Below are positions 9,951 to 17,580 of a DNA stretch of 64,000 nt, piece after piece. Below the pieces are notes generated by a model. It was not told the DNA's origin and did no database searches. It was given only the letters and a program-made list of their open reading frames with translations. The DNA is from Acidimicrobiia bacterium (GTDB lineage: Bacteria; Actinomycetota; Acidimicrobiia; Acidimicrobiales; JANYDT01), in the NCBI GenBank assembly GCA_031381685.1, contig JANMYF010000037.1, positions 11,247-75,246 on the forward strand, in the 5' to 3' direction. The position numbers were made by a program, and so were the translations under genes. The stretch's first letter is position 1, and the number at the start of each line of letters is the position of its first letter.

Positions 9951-10556
9951 ATGGCCATGGGAACCCTGGTGCTTGAGCGCACACGCTCCGCCGCGGGCGG
10001 GATCGCCACCGATGCCGACCGAGAGGTCACGACGATCCACCTCATCGGTCCGGCCCCCAGCCCCGACGAGGTGCTGCGCATCCTCATCGCCGATCATGCC
10101 CCGGCGATGTACCGGCTCGCCCGGTCGATCATGGGTGACAACGCGCTCGCCGAGGACGTCGTCCAGGAGAGCCTGATGCGGGCGTGGCAGGCGGCCGCCT
10201 CACTCCACGACGACTCGGCGCTTCGATCGTGGATCCTGCGGATCACCCACAACACCGCCATCTCCACCCTGCGCAAGCGCCGCGAGGAGCTCCGCGATCC
10301 GGCGATGCTGCCGGAACGAAGTCAGGGAGCGGGAACGGACCGTCAAGTCGCCGGACGGCTCATGGTCGACGAGTTGATGACGGCCCTGGACACCCTCGAC
10401 CCGCTGACCCGGTCGATCGTGATCCTCCGAGAGCTCGAGGACATGCCCTATGAGGAGATCGCCGATGCGCTCGGAATCGCCCTGCCCACCGTGAAGACCC
10501 GTCTGTTCCGAGCCCGCAAGCTGCTCGCCCATCGGCTGTCGGGGTGGCAGCAATGA
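9951..10556 (+). CDS. ECF-type RNA polymerase sigma-70 family factor
   Basis: Region 2 reads YRLARSIMGDNALAEDVVQESLMRAW...SWILRITHNTAISTLRKR. Region 4 reads ILRELEDMPYEEIADALGIALPTVKTRLFRARKLL. The exact start is uncertain. Confidence 0.85.
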   Translation: MAMGTLVLERTRSAAGGIATDADREVTTIHLIGPAPSPDEVLRILIADHAPAMYRLARSIMGDNALAEDVVQESLMRAWQAAASLHDDSALRSWILRITHNTAISTLRKRREELRDPAMLPERSQGAGTDRQVAGRLMVDELMTALDTLDPLTRSIVILRELEDMPYEEIADALGIALPTVKTRLFRARKLLAHRLSGWQQ

Positions 10557-10867
10557 ACCCGATCCAGCGATTGCGTCTTTCGCAGGCGCGTCTCGAGCGG
10601 ATGCTCGAGAACGACCCTGACGGGTTCGAGCGGGCACTCCGCCGCCACCCGTCGATCGCCGACCAGTTCGAGCGCGGCGACCTTTTCCCGCCCGATGCGC
10701 GAGCCGCCTTGCGCGAAGCGTTCGCACCGCCCGATGACCTGACCGAACGGCTCAACGCCCGGCTCAGCGCCGCTCTGGACAGCCCGACGGCTCGATCGAC
10801 CGCCCTCGATCTCCTCGGTCTAGGGTTGGCGACGGTGCGCGAGCTGACCCGGGACGACCCTGCATGA
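10553..10867 (+). CDS. Small soluble hypothetical protein, possibly the cognate anti-sigma/adaptor
   Basis: 104 aa. Its ATG overlaps the sigma-factor stop (ATGA at 10553-10556), and its own stop overlaps the next start (ATGA at 10864-10867). It has no TM segment and no HxxxCxxC zinc motif. Confidence 0.4.
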   Translation: MNPIQRLRLSQARLERMLENDPDGFERALRRHPSIADQFERGDLFPPDARAALREAFAPPDDLTERLNARLSAALDSPTARSTALDLLGLGLATVRELTRDDPA

Positions 10868-11583
10868 AGTGGATCTTCGCCCTCGCCGCGCTCGTCGTCG
10901 GCGGGATTGCCGGCACCATCGCCTCCTCTGCCGTCCGAAGCCTACTGAGCCGACCTTCGCAACCGGAGCGCACCCGGAAGCTGGCCCCTGCGGGAGCGAG
11001 CGTGGTGTTCTCCGCGGTTCTCGCCGTCGCCGTTGTCGCGGCGCTGTCCTTCCTCGACAAGACGGCCGTCGACCGGCTCCCGGTCTCCCTCATGAACGCC
11101 GTGCCCCGCTTTCTCGTGGCGATGGTGTTCGTACTTCTCGGCAACGCGATTGCCTCGCTCGCCGCCACCGCAGCCGGTTCCGCCGCGCTGCGGGCCAGCG
11201 GACGCCCGCAGCCTCGCGTCGCCGGCCTGGCCAAGACCGTCGTGATGGCGGTGTTCGTGCTGCTGGCCATCGCCCAGATCGGGGTGAACACCAAGGTCGT
11301 CGACACCGCGGTCGCGGGCATCATCGGCTGTACCGCGCTCTCGTTGGCGTTGCTCACCGGGCTGGGCGGACGGGCGATGGCATCGGAGGTCGCCGCCGGA
11401 CGGTATCTGCACCGCATCGTTCGTCCCGGCGACGCCGTCAGCGGCGACGGGTTCGCCGGCGTCGTCAAGACCGTATGGGGCGCGACGGTGGAACTCGAGG
11501 TGGAAGGGGCCATCGTCCACGTGCCCAACTCGAAGCTCCTCGCCGGGAACCTCACCATCGAAAGGTCTCCCACGGCCGAGTAG
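10864..11583 (+). CDS. MscS-like (mechanosensitive channel family) small membrane protein
   Basis: 239 aa with 4-5 hydrophobic helices. The C-terminal beta-domain motif is IVRPGDAVSGDGFAGVVKTVWGATVELEVEGAIVHVPNSKLL (compare the MscS pattern GD.I...G..G.V..I....T.L....G....IPNS.L). Confidence 0.5.
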   Translation: MKWIFALAALVVGGIAGTIASSAVRSLLSRPSQPERTRKLAPAGASVVFSAVLAVAVVAALSFLDKTAVDRLPVSLMNAVPRFLVAMVFVLLGNAIASLAATAAGSAALRASGRPQPRVAGLAKTVVMAVFVLLAIAQIGVNTKVVDTAVAGIIGCTALSLALLTGLGGRAMASEVAAGRYLHRIVRPGDAVSGDGFAGVVKTVWGATVELEVEGAIVHVPNSKLLAGNLTIERSPTAE

Positions 11584-11608
11584 CCCGCCGCTCGACGCGG
11601 CGCCGCCC

Positions 11609-13135
11609 GTGCGCGAGCCTGATCGGATGGCCGAACCGGACGATGTCGTGAATGCGGATGTCGTTGTGGTCGGTGGCGGGTCGAGTGGCGCCGTTGTTGC
11701 GGCCCGCCTCGCCGAGGCTGGGGTGCAGGTGACGCTGCTCGAGGCCGGCCCCGACTATGGGCCCTTCACCGGACGGCCCAGCGGCGCATCTTCTACCGGA
11801 TGGCCGGCGGACCTCCTCAACGCCCACGCGATCGCGCTGTCGCACGACTGGGGCTACACATCGGGCCCGGTCGCAGGCCGGGCAGCATGGACGTTCGAGC
11901 GAGCCCGGGTCATCGGTGGATGCTCCGCCCACAACGGGGCGATCGCCGCGGTCGGACACGCCTCGGACTACGACGGGTGGGCGTTGCCGGAGTGGCGCAC
12001 CGACGTGTTGCGGCCGGTCTTCGCCACGGTCCTCGAGAAGATGCGCGTCCGGGCGTATCGGGCCGACGAAGCGGGTCCGTTCCACGCCCGCTGCCTCGAA
12101 GCAGCGGTCGGTACAGGGTGGCGGATCGCGTCGGATCTCTGCGATCTCGATGCCAACGATTCGTTCGGGCTCGAGACGGTCAACATCGTCGACGGGATCC
12201 GATGGAACACCGCATTCGCGTATCTCGACCCCGTGCGACATCGGGCGAACCTCACCATCGTCGACCGCGTCCTCGTCGACCGGTTCGTCGAGGACCCCTC
12301 GGGCGTCACCGTGCACGCGTGGCGCGACGGCGAGGCGTTCACCGCGCGCGCGGAGCGGGTCGTGCTCAGCGCCGGCGTCTACGCGACGCCGGCGATCCTG
12401 CAGCGCTCCGGCGTCGGTGATCCGCTCCGGCTCAAAGCGGCCGGGGTGGCGTGCGCGATCGACCACCCAGGCGTCGGGGCGAACCTGCACGACCACCCGA
12501 TGATCCATGCTGACCGGCGCATCGGGCCCCTCCTGCAGACCTGGCTCGACGATGCGGCGAGGAGCGGTGCCCTTCCGGAGGAACAGACGCTCGGAAAGGC
12601 CTGCTCCTCTGAGGCCACCGATGCCATCTTCGACCTGCACCTCTTCCCGGTCTGCGCATCGACCCAGACCACGCTCACCGGCGGCAACGCGCTGGTGGAG
12701 GTCGCGTGCGTGACCCCGCGAAGTCGTGGGCGCGTCGACATCGTGTCAGCGGATCCGTCGGCGGCACCGGCGATCGACCACGCCTACCTGTCCGACCCCG
12801 ACGGGCACGACATCGCCGTGCTACGTGAGGGGCTGGTCATGGCCGAGGACCTGCTCAACCACCCGGCCCTGGCGTCGGTGCTGGGGGCGTCGGTGACCGA
12901 CACGAGCACCGACGAAGCGATCCGCCGCGAGGTCGTGCACTACTACCACCCCGTCGGCACGTGCCCGATGGGCATCGGCGACGACGGCGTCTGCGATGGC
13001 CGAGGAAGCGTCCGCGGACTGGATCGCGTCACGGTGGCCGACGTGTCCTTGATGGCCCAGATTCCGCGGGCGAACACGAACATCCCCGCCGTGATGATCG
13101 GCGAACGCGTCGCATCGTTTCTGCTGCACCGCTGA
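11609..13135 (+). CDS. GMC-family FAD oxidoreductase (choline dehydrogenase-like)
   Basis: FAD-binding N-terminus DVVVVGGGSSGAVVAARLAEAGVQVTLLEAG. GMC signature regions GGCSAHNG and the C-terminal HPVGTCPMG...VADVSLMAQIPRANTN. An alternative ATG lies at 11627. Confidence 0.85.
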   Translation: MREPDRMAEPDDVVNADVVVVGGGSSGAVVAARLAEAGVQVTLLEAGPDYGPFTGRPSGASSTGWPADLLNAHAIALSHDWGYTSGPVAGRAAWTFERARVIGGCSAHNGAIAAVGHASDYDGWALPEWRTDVLRPVFATVLEKMRVRAYRADEAGPFHARCLEAAVGTGWRIASDLCDLDANDSFGLETVNIVDGIRWNTAFAYLDPVRHRANLTIVDRVLVDRFVEDPSGVTVHAWRDGEAFTARAERVVLSAGVYATPAILQRSGVGDPLRLKAAGVACAIDHPGVGANLHDHPMIHADRRIGPLLQTWLDDAARSGALPEEQTLGKACSSEATDAIFDLHLFPVCASTQTTLTGGNALVEVACVTPRSRGRVDIVSADPSAAPAIDHAYLSDPDGHDIAVLREGLVMAEDLLNHPALASVLGASVTDTSTDEAIRREVVHYYHPVGTCPMGIGDDGVCDGRGSVRGLDRVTVADVSLMAQIPRANTNIPAVMIGERVASFLLHR

Positions 13136-13168
13136 CACCGGCGAACGGACCGGTGGTTCGTTCCGACC

Positions 13169-14863
13169 TCAGCGACCCAGCTTCGTGCGGGCGTGGTCGG
13201 TGAGGCGTTTGTAGTCGACCTTGCCCGACGGCGAGCGTCCGATGGTGTCGACGACCACGACGAGCCGGGGGGTCTTGTACCGGGCCAGCCGGGCGGAAAC
13301 CGACGCGAGGACGGCGCCCTCGTCGAACTCGCCCCGGGTGAGCGAGAGCGGCGACGGTTGGATGACGGCACAGATCACCTGTCCGAAACGGTCGTCGGGA
13401 ATTCCGACACAGACCGCATCCTCGACGAGCTCGTGCACCTTGAGCACCTCCTCCACCTCCTCGGGGAACACCTTCTCCCCGCCGGTGTTGATGCACACCG
13501 ACCCGCGACCGAGCAGGAGCAGCGAGCCGTCGGACTGGACCGTGGCGAAGTCGCCCGGGATCGAGTAGCGGACCCCGTCGATGAGCCGGAAGGTTTTGGC
13601 CGACTTCTCCGGATCCTTGTAGTACCCGATCGGCACGTAGCCGCTGATGGCGACGAACCCCTGCTCCTCGGAACCCGGCTCGACGCGCCGGTTGTCGTCG
13701 GTGAAGACGTGGACCGTGGGGCCGAGCTGGAATTTCGCGGTGCCGGCCGACTTTCCCTTCGACGACGTGGATGCACCGAGCCCAACCGCTTCCGACGATC
13801 CGTAGGAATCGACCAGCAAGACGTGGCCGAGGTGTTCGAGCAGCCCGTCCTTGGTCTCCTGGCTCCACATCACGCCGGAACTGGTGATCAGGCGAAGGCT
13901 GCTCAGATCCCAGCGTCCGGGGTTGGCGTTCAATGCCTGGAGGAGCGGCTTGGCGAACGCATCGCCGACGATCACCGCCCAGTTGATCGACTCCCGTTCG
14001 ACGAGGTCGAAGAACTCCTCGGCGACGAACGACCGGCTCGGGTTGGTGACAACGCAACCGCCGAGAGCGAGCACGATCAGCGCCGTGAACTGCCCGGTGC
14101 CGTGCATGAGCGGGCACGCCGGGATCATCACGGGGCCGGGACCCACGGTGCGAGCGGCCAACTCGTCGATCGACGACACCGCCGAGAAACCGAACAGGGG
14201 TTGCCCGCCCTGACCGAGCACGTTGAACAGGTCGTCCTGACGCCACATGACGCCCTTGGGCATGCCGGTCGTTCCGCCGGTGTAGAGGAAAAGCAGGTGG
14301 TCGCCGCTGACGCCCCACGGACCACGGACGTTGGGACCGTCGGGCGTCCATCCGCTGACCAGGTCCTCGTAGGGCACGGCCCACGGTGCGGCCGCCGCTC
14401 CCGAACCGGCCGTGGTGCCCGGGTCGTCGACGACGTACCACCGCTTCACCTTCGGAAGCTCGGCACGAACCGTGTCGACCAACTCGGTATAAGCGGCATG
14501 GAACACGACGGCTTCCGCGTCGGAGTTGTCGAACAGGTAGCGGATCTCGTCGGCCCCGTAGCGGTAGTTCGTGTTCACCGGCACGAGACCCGCCTTGAAC
14601 GCGGCGAGATAGACCTCGAGGAATTCCGGACCGTTGGTGAGGTACGCGGCGACCTTCGACTGCTCGCCGAGCCCGGCGGCGAGCAGATCGTCGGCCAGCG
14701 CGTTGGCCCGGGCATTGAACGAGCCCCAGCTGAAGCGCCGAGAACCGGCGACCTGGGCTGGCGCATCCGGCACCCGTCCGGCTATGGCTTCGAGCGCTTC
14801 GGCAAAGTTCCAGCCGCTCACGAATGTCCTTTCGAGGCAGACGACGTCGTCGCATGGCGACAC
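13169..14863 (-). CDS. Acyl-CoA synthetase (AMP-forming), paralog 1 of 3
   Basis: 564 aa. Motifs LFLYTGGTTGMPKGVMWRQDD, GYYKDPEKSAKTF, PGDFATVQSDGSLLLLGRGSVCINTGGEKVFPEEVE. Clearly paralogous to 21607..23229 and 23226..24902. Confidence 0.85.
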   Translation of the reverse strand: MSPCDDVVCLERTFVSGWNFAEALEAIAGRVPDAPAQVAGSRRFSWGSFNARANALADDLLAAGLGEQSKVAAYLTNGPEFLEVYLAAFKAGLVPVNTNYRYGADEIRYLFDNSDAEAVVFHAAYTELVDTVRAELPKVKRWYVVDDPGTTAGSGAAAAPWAVPYEDLVSGWTPDGPNVRGPWGVSGDHLLFLYTGGTTGMPKGVMWRQDDLFNVLGQGGQPLFGFSAVSSIDELAARTVGPGPVMIPACPLMHGTGQFTALIVLALGGCVVTNPSRSFVAEEFFDLVERESINWAVIVGDAFAKPLLQALNANPGRWDLSSLRLITSSGVMWSQETKDGLLEHLGHVLLVDSYGSSEAVGLGASTSSKGKSAGTAKFQLGPTVHVFTDDNRRVEPGSEEQGFVAISGYVPIGYYKDPEKSAKTFRLIDGVRYSIPGDFATVQSDGSLLLLGRGSVCINTGGEKVFPEEVEEVLKVHELVEDAVCVGIPDDRFGQVICAVIQPSPLSLTRGEFDEGAVLASVSARLARYKTPRLVVVVDTIGRSPSGKVDYKRLTDHARTKLGR

Positions 14864-14891
14864 GACCGATAAGGGTCAAGAGGTAGGTGCA

Positions 14892-14922
14892 CCGGTGTTT
14901 CCGGAGGAACCGGAAACACCGG
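14892..14922 (-). terminator. Perfect 13-bp hairpin downstream of the SSB-like gene
   Basis: CCGGTGTTTCCGG-aggaa-CCGGAAACACCGG lies about 60 nt after the stop at 14985. There is no clear U-tract. Confidence 0.5.
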
Positions 14923-14984
14923 GTCGGCACTTTACGGGTACCCGTGGTGCTTCCCCCATTCGATGGCTCGGCCCGCGGTGGGCG

Positions 14985-15440
14985 TCAGGCCGGGACCTGG
15001 TCTCCGGCGCTCGTGGGATCCGCCACCCGCGGCCTCTCGGGGGGAAGCGGGGGAAGACCCACCAAGACCGGAGCGGTCGCGCCGGTCATCGTCTTGGTCA
15101 CGGTGCCCGAGGCCCACCGCAGGCTGGCGCCAATGTCGTCGGCTACGAGTTCGTAGGAGCTGCGCTTCTCCCCGCCGGCCGTTTCCCAGGTGCGCTGGTC
15201 CAGCCGACCCGTGACCACCACCCGCGACCCCCGCCGCAGCGTCTCACAGGCGTTGACCGCCAGTTGCTGATACGCGACCACCGAGAAGTACGACACCGAC
15301 TCGACGTATCCCGGCTGGTTCCGGGCCGGCACCTTGCGGTTGACCGCGACAGAGAGCGTGCAGGTGGGGGTGCCGGAGCCGGTCGTCCGCAGGACGGGTT
15401 CCTTCGTGATGTTTCCCTGTATCGTGATGGTCGTCGACAT
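14985..15440 (-). CDS. ssb: Single-stranded DNA-binding protein paralog (OB fold) without the canonical acidic C-terminal tip
   Basis: MSTTITIQGNITKEPVLRTTGSGTPTCTLSVAVNR...YFSVVAYQQLAVNACETLRRGSRVVVTGRLDQRTWETAGGEKRSSYELVADDIGASLRW. ATG 15440 is preceded by aaggagg. The C-terminus ...PTSAGDQVPA lacks a D-D-x-P-F tail. Confidence 0.8.
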   Translation of the reverse strand: MSTTITIQGNITKEPVLRTTGSGTPTCTLSVAVNRKVPARNQPGYVESVSYFSVVAYQQLAVNACETLRRGSRVVVTGRLDQRTWETAGGEKRSSYELVADDIGASLRWASGTVTKTMTGATAPVLVGLPPLPPERPRVADPTSAGDQVPA

Positions 15441-15586
15441 GGCGTCGACCTCCTTAGTGCTGCTGCAGTTCCTGCAGCGTTTGGTCACCCGGGGAAGCGT
15501 TCCTGGTCACCACGATGCCCAGGCCGGTGTGACAATCGACGGCCAGGTCGAAGGACTACTGCTGGCCGACGGCAAGACTGAGTCAC

Positions 15587-16399
15587 ATGCTGCACTCGCT
15601 CCTCCCCCTCCTGCGCTGCCCGTTCTGTACCGAGGGACCCGTGCGCGAGCACCGGATTGTCGACGGCGACGATGTGCGTATCGACAACGGCACCCTTGTC
15701 TGCGCGGCATGCGAGCGGACGACCGACGTGATCGACCGCGTCTGGCAGGCGATGGGGATCCACACGTGGTCGAAGACCCTCGCCCAGATGAGCAACGTCA
15801 CGCCGCCCACCCCGCAGCTCTACGAGCGGCTCTGGCGGGTCCGTTCGCTGTCGCTGCTGTCGGGTCGGAGTTTCCCGAACGACGAGGAGCTGCACGAGCT
15901 CACGGACGCGCTCCGCCCGGAGGCGGGAAAGGTGTTCGTCGACGTCGCCTGCTCCGAGGGTCTCTACGCGCGGGCCCTGGCCGCTCGGGGCGCCACCGTC
16001 ATCGCCATCGACCACAGCCGACCGTTCCTCAAACGGGTGATCCACCGGGCCGGCGACCTTCCGATCGTCGCTGTGCGGGCGATGGCCCAGCATCTGCCGA
16101 TCGGCTCCGGTGGTCTCGACGGCGCCGCCATGGGCGCGTCGCTGAACGAGATCGGCGACCAGGTCGCCGCAGTCGGCGAGATGGCGAGGGTTGTCCGGCC
16201 GGGCGGCGCGGTGTTCTCGATGAGCCTGACCACGGCGACGACGCGCTTCGGTCGAGTCGTGCAACGCGGCCTCGCTCCAGCCGGCATCTCCGTGCCGACG
16301 GCGGACGCCACCGTCGAGATGTTCGAGGCGACCGGACTCCGGGTCGACTCCCGACGACTCGATCGGATCGTGCTCCGGGTCGCCGCCACCCGCCCCTGA
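15587..16399 (+). CDS. Class I SAM-dependent methyltransferase with an N-terminal Trm112-like zinc ribbon
   Basis: The N-terminus has LLRCPFC...LVCAACE (4 Cys). The methyltransferase motif I is VFVDVACSEGLYARALA, followed by the post-I region and RPGGAVF. Confidence 0.75.
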   Translation: MLHSLLPLLRCPFCTEGPVREHRIVDGDDVRIDNGTLVCAACERTTDVIDRVWQAMGIHTWSKTLAQMSNVTPPTPQLYERLWRVRSLSLLSGRSFPNDEELHELTDALRPEAGKVFVDVACSEGLYARALAARGATVIAIDHSRPFLKRVIHRAGDLPIVAVRAMAQHLPIGSGGLDGAAMGASLNEIGDQVAAVGEMARVVRPGGAVFSMSLTTATTRFGRVVQRGLAPAGISVPTADATVEMFEATGLRVDSRRLDRIVLRVAATRP

Positions 16400-16405
16400 C
16401 GGCGC

Positions 16406-17230
16406 CTACGAAGGGTCGGTGTAGTTCGCCGGACGCTTCTCGAAGAATGCGGTGACGGCTTCGATCTGGTTCGGCGACCCGATAAGGGCGCGGATCTCGC
16501 GGCGCTCCGCCGCCAGTCCTTCGGCCGCCGTGACGTGCCCGGCGTTGTTCAGCAGGCGCTTCCCGGCCCGGATGGCGTGGGGGCTCCGTCCGGCGATCTC
16601 GGCCGCTGTCTCGAGAGCCAGCGCTCTCGGGTCATCGGCCATGCGGGTCGCCAGGCCGATGCGGACAGCCTCTTCGGCGCCGACCATACGACCGGTGAAG
16701 GTGAGCTCCTTGGCCTTGTCGAGGCCGACGAGTTCGCGCAGCAGCTGCGTCCCGGCCATGTCGGGGATCAGGCCCCAGCGGATCTCGAGGATCGACATCT
16801 GTACGTCGGGCGAGACGTAGCGCAGGTCGGCGCCAAGGGCGATCTGGCAGCCGCCGCCGAGGGCGGCTCCGTGCACCGCGGCGATGACCGGGACCGCCAG
16901 CTCGTGCCAGACCCACACGGCCTGCTGACCGGCGTGGGTGATGCGGCCGGGGAGCCGGGACGGGTCCTCGGGATCGCCGTCCTGGGGGAGCACGCTCGCG
17001 CCGCGCCCTCCGGCCATGGCCTGGAAGCTCCCGAAGTCGAGGCCGGCGCAGAAGCTCCGTCCTTCACCCGAAAGCACGACGGCGCGCACCGACGAGTCCG
17101 TCTTGAGCGCCTCCCCGACCTCGACCAGCGCCGAGAACATGGCGCCGTCGATGGCGTTCATCTTGTCGGCTCGGTTCATGCGGACGTCGGCGACGCCCCC
17201 GTCGATCACACACGTCACTCGGTCGCTCAT
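16406..17230 (-). CDS. Enoyl-CoA hydratase/isomerase (crotonase) family protein
   Basis: Motifs VADVRMNRADKMNAI, VVLSGEGRSFCAGLDF, PVIAAVHGAALGGGCQIAL. ATG 17230 was chosen because the upstream extension to 17362 is not protein-like. Confidence 0.85.
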   Translation of the reverse strand: MSDRVTCVIDGGVADVRMNRADKMNAIDGAMFSALVEVGEALKTDSSVRAVVLSGEGRSFCAGLDFGSFQAMAGGRGASVLPQDGDPEDPSRLPGRITHAGQQAVWVWHELAVPVIAAVHGAALGGGCQIALGADLRYVSPDVQMSILEIRWGLIPDMAGTQLLRELVGLDKAKELTFTGRMVGAEEAVRIGLATRMADDPRALALETAAEIAGRSPHAIRAGKRLLNNAGHVTAAEGLAAERREIRALIGSPNQIEAVTAFFEKRPANYTDPS

Positions 17231-17371
17231 GTTCCCATCCTCGCCGTCGGCGCCGGTCGGAGACAAAACGGCGTCGGCCGCGTCGCAGGGCTTGCGACCG
17301 TTCGAGGACGTCGGCCACGATGCCAATCGTCTCCGGACGGCCAGCACAGCCTCGTGCCTCAAGCCTCAGGC

Positions 17372-17493
17372 CACGCGCAGCTCAGCCCGACCCACGCGCA
17401 CCTCTCACCAAACTTGGGGTCGAACGGCTTGGACGACCCGACCTGCGCGTGACTCGGGCTGAGGTGCGCGCCAAACCCGCCGATCTGCGCGTG
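17372..17493. repeat. Intergenic inverted-repeat element built from CACGCGCA(G/C) 9-mers
   Basis: The left arm is CACGCGCAG-ctcagcccgacc-CACGCGCAC (17372-17401). The right arm is CTGCGCGTG-actcgggctgag-GTGCGCG (17443-17470). A further gatCTGCGCGTG lies at 17482-17493. The inner ctcagcccgaccca resembles the reverse complement of the 19-bp unit at 53105-53256. Confidence 0.7.
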
Positions 17494-17580
17494 GATCGAC
17501 GCACGCACGACTCCGGCCCCGATGGAAGTTCTCGTGCGTTGCGATCTCCGAGAGCGTGGGAGTCGGTAGCCTCGCCCCTC

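Noticed and set aside
13029-14930. 633-aa minus-strand ORF and 559-aa plus-strand ORF overlapping the acyl-CoA synthetase at 13169..14863.
   Set aside because: Only the 564-aa frame carries AMP-binding motifs (TGGTTGMPKG, GEKVFPEEVE). The other two frames are Arg/Gly-rich artefacts. The same reasoning was applied to the shadow ORFs over metY, trpB, trpE, rpsA, the FtsH-like gene and others.
17372-17520. Possible tRNA-Sec (selC) or other small RNA gene next to selenoprotein candidate 1.
   Set aside because: I could not fold a cloverleaf. There is no UCA anticodon loop context (CUUCAAA-like) and no GGTTCGA(A/T)TCC-type T-arm. The sequence is better explained as the inverted-repeat element. I saw no convincing tRNA anywhere in the window.
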